Positions 38,337-50,551 of a stretch of DNA of 64,000 nucleotides are shown piece by piece. The DNA is taken from positions 930,001 to 994,000 of the forward strand of contig OZ287071.1 in assembly GCA_965645245.1 (NCBI GenBank), read 5' to 3'. The stretch's first letter is position 1. Each line of letters opens with the position of its first letter. A program made the translations under genes and the position numbers. The notes beneath the pieces were generated by a model. That model was given only the letters and a program-made list of their open reading frames with translations, searched no databases and was not told where the DNA came from. The stretch comes from Massalongia carnosa (lineage: Eukaryota).

Positions 38337-38578
38337 ACAGTAGGCATGCTTTGTTTCATTTTTCATACTTGTCTTAGGTCAAAGGTTTTTTCATGGAGCA
38401 CACGGCTGGGACCCGGAGGGTCCTCGGCCGGACACAGGATTGCATGGTTTTTCTTCCTCAAAAGGTTTTCCATGTACTATAAAACTAGATAGACTCGCCC
38501 GCATGGGCCGGCCTTCGGCCGGTACCACATCGGAATAAGAATAATCATCATCATCATCATCATCATGAGACGATCTCT

Positions 38579-39177
38579 ATCAGCACCAAACAATCGACAT
38601 TCATTCTGTGGCTTTTTTTCTTGATTCGTTCAATGTTGATGAGCCTCTTGCAGCGAAGATTCAGGTCAAAGTATTTTCTTTTCTGCGAAAATACATATAC
38701 TGTAATGATGAAGCTTGGATAAAAATTATAGAAGACTTCTTTCAATTTCGAGAGAAACAGGGAAAATTTAATCGACAAAATCCTTGCGACATTTGGAGTC
38801 TTTCTCTGATGCAACCTTTCAAGCTGTTTTGGCAGCATTGCAAGTCAATTTCATTTTTGCTAGGTCAATTTGCGCATCGTATCTTTTCGACATTTGCCAA
38901 CTCGGTGTCAAGTGAACGTTCTTTTTCGCTATGAACTACATCATTGATAAGTTCAGGACGAGTATGGAGATGGAAAGGGGCAATCAGGCCACTTATATCT
39001 ACATAAATAGTAGGGTACTTCGACGGGTCAAAAAGTCAGCTACTGGATGGTAGGTATCACCTGAATGATGCTGAGGAGCAGGCTTTAGAGGATGATATTG
39101 TCGCAATGTTGGAAGCAAAAGAAGGGATGAGGTCCGATGAAATAGGGATGAGCGAGATGACTGAATTAGTCTTGTAG
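38579..39177 (+). pseudogene. hAT transposase, C-terminal part (dimerisation domain)
   Basis: IHSVAFFLD...FWQ...FAHRIFSTFANSVSSERSFS, resuming directly after the LINE TSD. Confidence 0.85.
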
Positions 39178-39468
39178 GGCAGTAGAATTCCTCGCAATAG
39201 GTATAGTCTATTATAGGAATGATTTTATTCTCAAACCTAGCGATATATATCCGCTACATATCGCGAGGCGATAGTAGCGCTACATTAGCCGTTTCAGGCC
39301 TATGCAGCACCTCCTTGAGCATGGGGGCTGTTTCGGAAGAAAAAAGCCTTCGGGTCCTTCAGAAATCCTTCAAAATGCGCGGCAACCTACTTATTCCAAT
39401 TGTTTATTATCGTGGGCGGAACCGAGTTCTCTTCGGTGTTTGCATGAGTTTTTCTTCCATCTAAATCT

Positions 39469-40428
39469 ATGTTTTTTTTTCCTCATCACCATTTTTCTTG
39501 CTTTCTCTTCATCTACGCGTTGCTTCTCTGCTTGGGGCATGCACGACGAACCTGTTATTGGCCTGATGGTTCGATAGCGAATAACTATGATGCTTGCGCG
39601 CCAACTGGAGATACTGCATGCTGTAATGAAGGCGAGGTTTGCTTGTCCAATAATTTGTGCTATGGCGCCTCCATCGATGTGGTTAGTTTTCTTATGGGCT
39701 GGATTTGAGACAAACCATTGATAGCTCATCGGATCGTCTGTTAGACATACCGCGGCGGCTGTACTCGTAAGGATTGGGACACTCTCGCTTGTGACAGCCA
39801 ACACTGCAGTGACAGTAAGTTCGCAGCCGCAAATCTTCTTTGCTATTTTCTTCGGCTGACGGTGCTATTGCCGTAAGAATACCCAAGCTCTTCAGCAAAT
39901 TTGGTCGACTGCCACATTGCCCCGAAGCCTCCCGGATCCAGGTGGTGTGGCGTTGAGAAAGAGACAAAAGCCTGTGAGATAGGCACCGGGGGTCACTTCG
40001 TGAACTGGACCTTTGCCAGCGCGCTCACGGTCCTTGCGGTGCCAGTGGCGACGTCCACGAATACGTTGCTTTCATCCGGCTCCCCCTCCCCCTCCTCCCC
40101 CTCTTCCGGCGGCCAATTGCCACCAGCTACGAACGAAAACACAAGCAAAAGATCACCGACCGCGATAGCAATTGGGGTAGGGGTGGGGGTACCGCTAGGC
40201 ATCGCCGCGTTAGGATTCCTTCGCTTTCTTCGATGGAGAGAGCGCCGGAGATCAAGGAGTGCGGTGATACAGGAAGGCTTACCGCCGGTTCAACAGCAAA
40301 CCCCACCATCGGCTCCAAAGCCAGGCACGCAGCTAGATTGGAACCGGCAGTATCCGGAGATAGAAGGGAACACAGGAGTGCCAGAGTTACCGATTCAGAA
40401 TGAATCTCGCCATTACGAGATACCGTGA
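39469..40428 (+). CDS. Signal peptide + Cys-rich ectodomain + single TM fungal membrane protein (Mid2-like architecture)
   Basis: RTCYWPDG...ACCNEGEVCLSNNLC, YRGGCT..DW, S/T-rich stalk, AIAIGVGVGVPLG TM, basic stop-transfer and PELP tail. Two introns. Confidence 0.75.
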
Positions 40429-42448
40429 TGGCTCGTATAGATATTGGGTAAACCAATGAAACTTCACGTCTGGATAGCGTTCAAGGTACTCGAATGTTTT
40501 GAGGTTGCGTATAAACAGCATTCATAGTGCCTTTTGACTGAGCCATGATCCCGTGAACGGATTTACGCCCCCATCGCTATCCCAGATCCCCGTAAATCGA
40601 CTCTTAGAGCATACCGTGCACCGTCTCCTTCACTTTCTCTACCTCATCTTTTCCAATCCCGAACGTCCAGCTTCAACCCTAGGGAACTTCGATCTCTTCA
40701 TATGGCCGGTGTATACGCTCTCATTATAGCTATACATAGAGCCATCTCTTATTTCGAAGTGCTTTAGAGATGGAAGTTGCGGGATGCACTTGCAGTTCAC
40801 GACACGACAAACGCTTGCGGAGTAAGGAGTTTGCTGCCGACTCTGACGGACTATTAGGGGTCCTTCCATCTCTCAGAAGTGTAGAGAATATCATCTGCTT
40901 TCATACAATATTCGACTTTCGGTTCTAGTGCTTTCACAATCGAGAAAAAAAGTGCTGATAAGACTTGATGACTTTAATCCAGAAGGGCCACTGATTATCG
41001 ACGACCAGGGTGTCCGGAAGCACAGAGGTAACCGTACTGAGAATCCGCTTTCGTACGGTTTAGGAGCATCCAATGCCTCTTTCTCATGCTGCACTAAATT
41101 TTCTCCGCAGCTTATTCTATCGAGTCGCCGGAATGAGAGATATAATCGGGCAAAGTTTTGCTAGGTTTTCGGAATGAGCAGGATTTAATCAGAGGGTTTG
41201 CATTGCACTTACAGATAATATTTTTGGCTATTTCTGTAGGCTTGTAGAAATGGCACCACCTATGCCTGCTCTTCGTCCGTCAACCTCACCATCGAGTCCA
41301 ATAGAAGCTGATTTGATTTGCCGTCCTTCTCCCAATCGATCCACTACATACATATTTCACAAGCTCTGGGATATAATCCGGCGGACGACTAGTCAACCAG
41401 GCACATTGCACCGTTCTTCAACCAAATCAGACTTCGAGGAGCTAGTTAACTATATCGAGGTGATATGGCCAACTTGTACTTTCTGAAAAGTCGCTTTTAG
41501 ATCGGGTGCGAACAAATAACGATTAAAGCAGTGCTCCGTTCTCTCAATCGTCCTAAAAGCTTGTTCCTCATTGAAGAACGAGAGACCATGCGATATGCCG
41601 CAATCTACGTTAACGGTCCTGGTACACCTCCCCTGAAGAGCCGCCAAAACAAGCCAGCAAGTGGAACAACTCGCAAGACTTCCCCCTAAGGATGGACTCC
41701 ATCATGTGATGTTCTGTGTCGCACTGGCATCTTCGTCGTCGATTCTACAACTATACCTATTCTTTTCGGACTGTATTCGTATTGCCGATGCGATAGGTTT
41801 TAGCGCCGATGCCCACCATAAGAAGCTCTGGTAGCTGTCCGGGCAAGGATGACGCAGCATTAGTTACCGTGGGCTCGAAGGTAGGAGATGAGGGTTCCGA
41901 GTAAGGTTACGATGTAGGAGCTGTCATCGTGGTGCGGCGGTAGGAGATATCGATGGGGTGGATCACTAAACTCACAAAAATGCGTATGGATATTGATAAC
42001 CACCCTTCTTCCCCTCTTCTCTCACTCTAAAACCGTCATGATCCTAAGATTCACACCACGTCTTGTTGGCGTTAATACTGAACAAGCCGTCTAAAATACT
42101 AGGCTTCTGAACCACTTCAGTCAACTCGCTCTACCCTGTACCTTCCAAGAATGGATTTCTTTTTTGATCATCTCCGTTTCCATGAAACTGTCGAGTCTCC
42201 AATAGCCAGATTGCGCGTTACCTGGATCAGAAGCAATTCTTCCATGCCTAGTCTTTGGACCTCCCCACCCAAAAGGCGGATACAATAGGGGAACCTTTCG
42301 ACGAAAGATGCAAATGGAAAGCCGACAATAGCCGAGAATGCCCAACGATTAGGCCTTACGGACCATAACCTTCCCTCTAAACAGGAGCCACATACTCTCG
42401 GATTTGGATCAAGTGCCAGAAGTCATGCGAACAACTTGCCGGAAAGAC

Positions 42449-42554
42449 GTCCGGAGGATCGAGCCCAGAGGATCGAGTCCAGAGGATCGAGTCCAGAGGA
42501 CCGAGTCCAGAGGACCGAGTCCAGAGGACCGAGTCCAGAGGACCGAGTACAGAG
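42449..42554. repeat. 14-bp minisatellite (~7.5 copies of GAGTCCAGAGGAYC)
   Basis: Head-to-tail copies with no spacers. Confidence 0.9.
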
Positions 42555-42800
42555 TACTTTGGATGAGACCCGGCGAACGGTGCTTTTAGGGCCTATGTAA
42601 TAAGCCAAAGCGGGTCAATGGACCCAACCAGGCAGTTCTTGGCAACGGAGGATCTTGCCATATATTCTTTTCTTTCCTCCAGCTCTTCTTCGTTTCGTCT
42701 GCATATTTCCATAAGCTCTCAGCTCAGACTTTGTTTACTTAATTCTGTCTTTCTCCAATACACCGTTCGTACTCGGTGTTCTCAATACGCATAATTCATA

Positions 42801-43983
42801 ATGGGAAGTTTATTCGAGGCCACGCTACCGCAGCTCTGGGTTGAAACCCCGCTCATCAAATCCGCAGCTCTCTCTAAAGCAGCAGGTTGGTAGGTCCTAT
42901 TGATCATCCTTCTCCCCAAACAAAAGAATAACTCATCATCCTAGCCGCATATTCCTCAAGCTCGAAAATCTTCAGCCCTCAGGGTCCTTCAAATCCCGGT
43001 GCGTAAATCGTTGCCTTTAATAGCTTCTACTTCCCTCTCTGTACTAAAATACCCACGCCTCCCAAAGCGGAATCGGTAACCTACTCCTTAATGCTCTCCG
43101 CACGCATCCTCACCCACACCTCACCCACTTCTATTCCTCCTCTGGCGGCAACGCCGGCCTGGCTTGCGTCACTGCAGCCCTTACCCTAGGCCGCCCAGCC
43201 ACCGTTGTGGTTCCCCTCTCCACCTCCTCAGCAATGATATCTAAGCTCCGCCTCGCGGGCGCCACGGCCGTGATTCAGTACGGCCCCACGTGGGTGGACG
43301 CAGACGCTTACCTGCGGAGGGAGATCTTATCCCAGAATCCCTACGGCGTGTACGTGCCCCCGTTCGACCACCCGGACGTCTGGGCCGGAGCGGCGACGCT
43401 GGTGGGGGAGGTGGAGAAGCAGCTAGAGGGGGAAAGGCCGGACGCGGTGGTCTGTAGCGTAGGTGGTGGAGGCCTGCTGTGCGGCATTATCCAGGGGCTG
43501 GAGGAGCGATGGGGCCGGGGCGCTGTGGATGTCTTAGCCATGGAAACAAAGGGCGCCGACAGCCTCGCGCGGAGCCTCGAGAAGGACCATCTTGTCACCC
43601 TGCCCGCCATCACCAGCATCGCGACCTCCCTCGGTGCGGCGCGCGTTGCGGCTCACGCGTTCGAACTCGTGCGCGCGCGACCGCACGTCGTGGTAAGCGC
43701 GGTGCTATCGGATACGGACGCCGTGATGGGGTGTTGGCAATTGGCCGACGAGGAGCGCTTGCTGGTGGAACCGGCGTGCGGGGTTTCGGTCGCGGTGTGT
43801 TTTGGAGGTCGTCTGAGGCGGTTGCTGCCTGGGCTGAACGGGGGGAGTCGGGTCGTGATTGTGGTTTGTGGGGGGTCGAACGTGGGGGTTGAGGCGCTGG
43901 TGGAGTGGCGGAAGGTTTACGGAGGGGTGGAAGGGTGCGTGGGGGGCAACGTAACGGGTGCTGAGGGAAGCTTCGGCATATAA
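42801..43983 (+). CDS. L-serine/threonine dehydratase (PLP-dependent, Cha1-like)
   Basis: WVETPL, IFLKLENLQPSGSFKSR, SSSGGNAGLA, YVPPFDHP, CSVGGGGL, LVEPACG, VCGGSN. Two introns. Confidence 0.92.
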
Positions 43984-44234
43984 AGGGGGAGAGTGGGGAG
44001 GACGAGTGGGTTATTTGATGGAATATTGATAATGATGCGTCGAACAGATGGTTACGCCAATGTATGTTTGCTATCCATTCACCGTGGACCTTGCGTGGAG
44101 ACTCAACAAATGGCAACCGTCCCAAACAAAACCTGGGTATCCCCATTCAAAAATCCATCCCAAGCCCATCCGCCCATTCCAAACACCACGTCAAAAGAAA
44201 CCCCTCTTCCCAAAACATCTCCCAACCCCCCCAA

Positions 44235-45484
44235 TTAAGCCCTCACATTTCCCAACCCCAACAAACCCCTCCGATAATTCCAATAGTTCCTCCGTATCGG
44301 ATCGAACCTTGTCGCCAGTAACTCCAACGCCCGCCCCGCCCGTTCCTTCCCCCCCTCTACCTCCTCCTCCTCAGCATACGCATCCGCTAAAAAGTCTAGC
44401 GCATGACTACTCCGGATCTCGTCCTCGCGCGTTAAATCCGCAAAACCTTCCGCGAATGTTTTTAGCGGGCTAAGGAATTTGCTGTTACTGCCGCTATCGC
44501 TATCGCTGCTGCTGCTATTAGGATGACTGGCGCGACGCCGTAGAATGCCACGAAGGTAGGTCCAAGAGGATTGGTTCTGGGGAGCGAGCTGAATGGCGGA
44601 TTTGGCGTAGGCAATCTCGCGGTCGATGATTTCGGGGTCGATTTCTAGGGAAGAAGATGATGTTGTTTCTCCTTCTTTTTCTCCTCCTCCTCCTCCTGCT
44701 GCTGCTGCGGCGGCGGGTGTGGATGTTGCTGTTGCTTTGCTTGGAACTTCATCCTTCACGATGCTGTACGTGGCGGGGTCCGCGTTGCGGCAAAACACGA
44801 CGAACCAACGATGGTTCCAAGCGCTGTTGTTGCGGACGTCGTCGCGCAGTAGGTCGTCGATGTAGGGTAGCTCCGTGTCCCAGAGGGCGAAGTGGCGTAC
44901 TAGCCATTGGCGGTAGGACCAGACGTGGTAGTTTTTGGCGTCTTGGGCAAACATACGGGCTAGGAAGGGGAGTTCGGTAGGCGGCAGGGTGGGAATGTGG
45001 CTCATGAGAAAATGACGGTGGTGCCTTGTTGAGCATGTGTTAGTTTGAAGGATTTTGATTTGAGGAGTTGGTGAGAAGAGAAAAGATAGGGAAATACCAG
45101 ATTTGGTAGTTTTTGAGATGTTTGAGAGAGATTCCATTGAGCCAATCCAGCTCTATGTGGAGGTCTGATTGCAGGGCCAGGAGGACATTAGCTCTGTAAA
45201 GCCTATTATTGGATGCGCATTAGCACGTAGCAATTCCGAGCCTGCGATGGTAAGCTATCCACTCACCACACCGTGTAATGGGCCGGGTTCATCTTGATGA
45301 TATCCACCGTGAGCTCGAGGACTCTTTCAGACTTCTCATCCTTGGCCATGACGGCTCGTAGATATGACATGGCCTCGCTATAGTCCTCGGTATACGCGAT
45401 AGCGGCGAGTGGATTGAGCCCACCATCGTCTTGAGGGATGGGCAGAACATCTGCCCATTCGTCGGAATCCGCATAAATGCCCAT
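44235..45484 (-). CDS. RAM2: Protein farnesyltransferase/GGTase-I alpha subunit
   Basis: IAYTEDYSEAMSYLRAVM...MNPAHYTVW, KNYQIW, DAKNYHVWSYRQW, DVRNNSAWNHRWF, APQNQSSWTYLRG, DPIRRNYWNYR. Confidence 0.93.
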
Positions 45485-46102
45485 GGCGGCGGGTTCGAAT
45501 GAGCAGAGAGGATTGATCTTCAGCAGTCTTTCAGCTTCCGTGGTTGTTCCATGGGAAGGTCACGTGGGACAAAGATATCCGTAGACCACAAAAGTCGGTA
45601 CATCAAACCATTCCCAACCCGTTTTTCATGGATCGGTACTTTGACATAGCAACATACTTTAAATCACTTATTCGGAAACAGAATTTACATCTTGATGAAG
45701 TTTTCGTATCACCAAACTGATCAACGTATTTAGTTGTCCCTGAGTCCCGAAAAGATCAACTTTTTTGGATCTCGGCGAGTAGGGCTAATAATCGATTAGG
45801 GCTAGAGTATGTGTGCATTAGTGTTCCCACGTACGCTGTATTTGGAGTTTAAAACCCCCCTTCTATAGATCCAAAACAGCTTTTCTGATCCCTACTCTGT
45901 CTCCTATATAAAATGTATGGTGAGTTATTCCGTATTTGTAAAACCCCCAAGCCCATTGAAACTCGTTCCAATGACCTTTTAACGACCAATTTTGCCCATA
46001 AAACCACGGCCTGACAAGCCAGATGATACAATATGTAGTCAAGCATGCGAAATGCCTGTGCATACATACGTTAAGACTTGTGTGTTTGGTTAAGAGACTC
46101 AG

Positions 46103-46794
46103 TCACTCAGGAATCACAAATCCCGCCGCTGTATCTTCAACAAACCTCTTTCCCCCCAACCCTCCATCCGTAACCCCTCTCACAGCATTCTTAAAAAAGA
46201 AATTCCCTCCTTTCGGTACACACAAATCCCTCCCCAAACCCACTTTCCCTTCTCCCTCCTCCTCTCGAAGCACCTGCTCCCACCGGCCCCTCTCCGCCAA
46301 ACTTCCACTCTCAACCCTCGTCGTTCGGTCTCCAATTAAGAACTTTTCATCTACAGTCCCTGTCAAAATCTCAACTTCGTCGAGACGGCTCTCCTCACGC
46401 CAGCTCAGGGCAGTGCCGCACTCGGAGCAAAACCCACGTCGACCTTTGGCAGAGGAGGCAAACTCTTTGAAGGGCGCTGAGGGAGTGTTATTGCTGGACG
46501 AAGAGGTGGATGGGGATGGGCTAGACCAAGTGAGTTGGGAAGGGTGGACGGTCAAGAAGTGGACCAATAGGCTGCCGGAGTGCTTGCGGCATTGGGTGCA
46601 TTGGCATGTGTGAGCCTATTGATATGGTTCAGAAATTGATGATTTTTCTCCGATGAATGCTTAAGGATGTTCGGAACGCGGCGTCAATGAATACGTACAC
46701 CAGGCGGCCACGGTCTATTGACTGGAAAATCAATCGTGTATCGCACTTTGCCGCAAAGACAGCCGCCAGCGATAGGATGCTTCAGGCTAGCCAT
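46103..46794 (-). CDS. GFA / CENP-V (Mss4-like) domain protein
   Basis: GGCLCGKVRY, intron, HTCQCTQCRKHSG, SSAKGRRGFCSECGT. Confidence 0.88.
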
Positions 46795-47225
46795 CCTGTA
46801 GCAGTTGGAATGCCTGGCGAATAAAGCCTCTTAATCAAATCCATAGTATTGATGTGAATCACACATACATATCTACCTAACTTTATGCGTTTAGGCCCTT
46901 CTATGACGTTGTCGCGGTGTATTTACCCGGGGCCTTAGCGTGTACCCTTGGCGTTGTTGTAGTTTTTCCTCGCCAACGGCTTAAATGCTCCTTGGGCCTT
47001 GACTCGTGTACTATCAAAAAACTGTTTTGACGGTGCGAGTATCGAGCATAGACAAGGTGTCAAACTTTAGCATTATGTTTGCCTGCAAAACTCTTACGGG
47101 CCAGCCTCTACATGCATGGTATACCCAAAACTCGCAGACCAACCAACCTGCCTGTAAGCTGTGCAAAACCGCTGTAAGAAACAGCCCCCAGCGCCCAAAA
47201 CTCCCCAACCCCCAAGGGATCCATT

Positions 47226-49624
47226 TTACTTTTGGTACAAGGGTAAGCTCTCTCTCAGACGCCGCGAATCATCTAAGCGTGGTGTGGCACACGGTTCGTG
47301 ACGGTCATGGTGTTGATATGGGAAAACATCATTAAGTATGGGAGCGGTTGGTTCGACAAACTGAGGAGGCTGGCTGCCGTTTTCCGCCACCACACCATCC
47401 TGGAAACCATCAGGTGAACTCGCTGCTAGCTGAAGACGTCGCCGTTCTAATTCCTGCTTGTCTGCTTGAGATCCTATAGATGAATAAACGGCAGCATTGC
47501 ATTCTAAACTTGTCTGATAATGATCGTTTTCATAATTTGTGGCGGGTGTGGCCAGGAGCCGTGGTGCAGCTCCATCAAACTCAACTAGACATTGGTTGGC
47601 GCGTACGTTGATAGGAGTGAAGTCTCCATCATTAAAGACTTCGGGAGCTGATGGCTGCTGAGCTTGCATTTCCGAGGATAAACGTTCATCATACGTTATG
47701 GGTGAACTCGGTAATAGGCGTTGTTCAGCTCTTCTGATTCGAGACTTTTCATCCACATCCTCTTCAACAATTGGTGGGGGGACAGTACTCGTTTGCCAAT
47801 ACTCGGATTCGGTTTCTGTGTAGTGTATGTCACTATAGGTTTGAAGATTGGTCTGGTAGTCGACATCTTGTGGGAAACCACCATCCCGCTCTTGGACTAT
47901 GGAAACAGCAAAGCCTTCCGTGGTTTTATCATCATCAGAACCATTTTGCATCTCTCCGTGTGACGTATCAAAAGCTCGGGATCCGTTGGTCTGCCGCCCT
48001 CGTTTCCGTCCACTATCATGAGTGCCTACAATGACCTCGAATAAACAAGCAACGACCCCCTTCTCCCGACGGATCTGCTCTGTTATAAGGATATCAAGTC
48101 CAGGGGTTGGAGAAAAGCCGAAACGTCCCGAGCGCTCTATGCCGCTACTTTTGTAGTCCCCATAGCCGTACGTAGACGTTCCGGTAGTCATGTTGAGCCG
48201 TGGGAGAAATCGATCTTGCCCGGTGATCCTCCAACGCAGGTCTATCACAACCTCGATAAAATACTTAAAGGTAATCATTGCCCCTGGTACAGTAGAGACA
48301 GTAGGAAACAAATCATCAGGAACCTGTATCGATGTTTTGGTGAAAAAAGTGAGTGATTGTGGATTGACAATGAGCGGAACAAATTTTTGAGCAAGATCCT
48401 TTCGAAAACCGCTACTCGAACCTGCCGAGGACAAAGAAAGGCCTCCCAGGCCAGTCCGCGACTTGGGGTAGTAATCTTCATACTGTTGCTTACTTTTGCT
48501 TTGTGACAACCCAAGGGGTAAGGCAGGATGAGTATCCACCTGCCCCTCGCGATACATGGTAATAATTATGCCTTGCAGGTTTTTAATAGGTTTGTTATGA
48601 ACGATTGAGATCTGGACTGCTAACTTATCCCCAGGGAGATAGCCGCGGCGTAGGAGCTCAACGGTGGCGGTGGCCGTATGATCGGCAAGCTCGCCATTAC
48701 TTTTTGCTAATGGCCGCGGTGAACCTACCTGATGCGTTGAAAAACTACTACTTGGGGCGCTCGCGAAGCTTCTTGTGCTGGGAACAGGACTTCGTGGCGG
48801 TTCATGGGCATTGTGAGGATTGGGAGAACTGAAGCTATTGGCGGAGCTTTGTAGCCCGCTACTCAGTTGAGTTTGGCCCTTTCCATTGCCCGATGATTTG
48901 ATCGTTTTCCTTGCGCTCATTATTGTCATTGATCTTCTTGAAAGTGTTTCCATTGAAACCACACGAGGCTTCGGCCGCGGATATGCCGCTATGTCAACAG
49001 CCTCCACGAGCTGAATCTTGCGCTCACATTTTGCAATGGGAGCGATAGTTGTAGGACGTGTCAGAGTTGATGTTAACATGTAGGAGATGGTGCCGCGTTC
49101 AAACTAGGTTGAGAAATCAGCTTAGACCATCATAAAAGGTAAATGGTACAAACACTGATACTGCTCGGCAGCCCTTTGGATGGAAGTTCAAGAATAAACT
49201 GGAATACAAACGAGCCGGCTTCCAGTCGTCCTTCGCCGCAGAGGGTAACCTCGTTTTCAAAAAGAGATGCAAAGCCATTACCAAAATATTGGCAGCCGCG
49301 TTTTCCCGTACCCCCACTTAAAAGTCGTTCCTCACGGGAACTGTCTTCGCCTGGAAGCTTTGCGCTGGTAAAGACCTTAACAAAGCCATGTAAACAGACA
49401 ACAAGATGGGTGATGCGGATGGGCTTAGCCACAGTCAGGATGACTGCACCTTTTACGGTATCTCCTGGGGAGTATCTTCGATGCGGCTCATCGGGCTCGA
49501 CATAGTACTGTGCTAGATTGCGTTTTCTCGATGTGAACGGCGCGGTGAATTTGGAAAGGAGGACTTTCGATTTCGACAGCGTCTGCACGAAGTCTGGGGT
49601 AGTAGGGTCGGATAATCCAATCAT
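47226..49624 (-). CDS. palF: pH-response arrestin-like protein PalF/Rim8
   Basis: EPHRRYSPGDTVKGAV...KPIRITHLVVCLHGFVKV, GLPSSI|.FERGTISYMLTSTLTRP, YEDYYPKSRTGLGGLSLSSAGS, DKQELERRRL, PSAP motifs and C-terminal ESLPLYQK. Start codon uncertain. Confidence 0.9.
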
Positions 49625-50152
49625 TATCGTTTCGCTCTGAGCCCCGTCATCTGGTGGTTCCTCTTGCAGACGGGAAGTTGGATGCTGGAATTGTTCAGCG
49701 CATACGACAGTACTCCTGACAGCAACCAGGATAATCAGTAAGGGATGTTCGATACATCGGAGACAACCATCTCGAGGTGAAGATGAGCGTGTCGGAGCTG
49801 GCAGTTATAGGCAACTTTAAAAATATAGGAGTAGAAATAGAGATGCGAAGGTTGCACGCCATGGACTTTGATAGAACACGAGCCATGGCTGATAAGACAA
49901 GCAGCGACAGCCAGCAAAGGTGGCATTTGGGGGTGGAACAATTCCAACGTACGGGCAGATCTGACATCTGGTAGATAGCTGAAGAGGTATAATATGTGAA
50001 GGAATGATTATAAGATACAAGGTAAGTATCAATTATTGGTATCATTGATTAAACCACACCGTCATTCATCATCGATCACAAACCGCAGTCCCCAATCCCC
50101 GATTTAGGCAAGACCGAGTGATCGAAGGGCCGAAGGTGACCCCCAAAGCAAA

Positions 50153-50551
50153 GCCAAGCAATTGCAAGCCGCAATCTTGGACTGTGGATTGATGGACGAA
50201 CGCCAAGTCAATGAATTGAGATCTGACGAAATTTGAGCTTGACAATGAAGTCTTTAGCCTAACTGAAGAGGCGGAGATGAAGTCCGCTCCCGTACCGATT
50301 CGGTGGCAGCTGAAATGTTAAGGATACCTAAAACAGATACCTAAGGATAGGACTGAGGTCCCAGGCACGTGCCGGCCTCAAATATGGATAGGACGGGTCA
50401 CGAGGAGATTGTTATCAAAGCAATTCGTGCAGAATCGACCGTGGCCGAGGGCTTCATACAGAAGTTATCAATTCTTTAAATCGACATTGGACGCGGATGC
50501 ATATATCAGGTACGGAAAGCATAGGTTTGATTCTCTCGATTGGATCCTGGC
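50153..50551. promoter_or_regulatory. Three PacC/Rim101 consensus sites (GCCARG) upstream of palF
   Basis: GCCAAG at 50153 and 50202; CCTGGC at 50546. Confidence 0.4.

Larger units (their letters stand above)
33408..38564 (+). mobile_element. Near full-length Tad1-like LINE retrotransposon, inactivated
   Basis: 14-bp TSD ATGAGACGATCTCT at 33394-33407 and 38565-38578, (ATC)n tail, ORF1 and ORF2 present. Confidence 0.95.
24988..39302 (+). mobile_element. Decayed hAT DNA transposon (~2.3 kb after removing three nested insertions)
   Basis: Termini TAGGCCTG (24988) and CAGGCCTA (39302), each with a nearby GTAGCGCTA in inverted arrangement. AACCTAGCGATATATATC occurs at 25018-25035 and 39234-39251. 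Internal hAT transposase. No perfect 8-bp TSD. Confidence 0.75.

Noticed and set aside
32139..39177. Heavy RIP mutation of the TE island
   Set aside because: Some stops fit C-to-T/G-to-A changes, but long ORF stretches and GC-rich segments survive and frameshifts are common; cannot be claimed without aligned copies.
42449..42554. CRISPR-like array
   Set aside because: Head-to-tail repeats with no unique spacers, a eukaryotic context and no cas genes.
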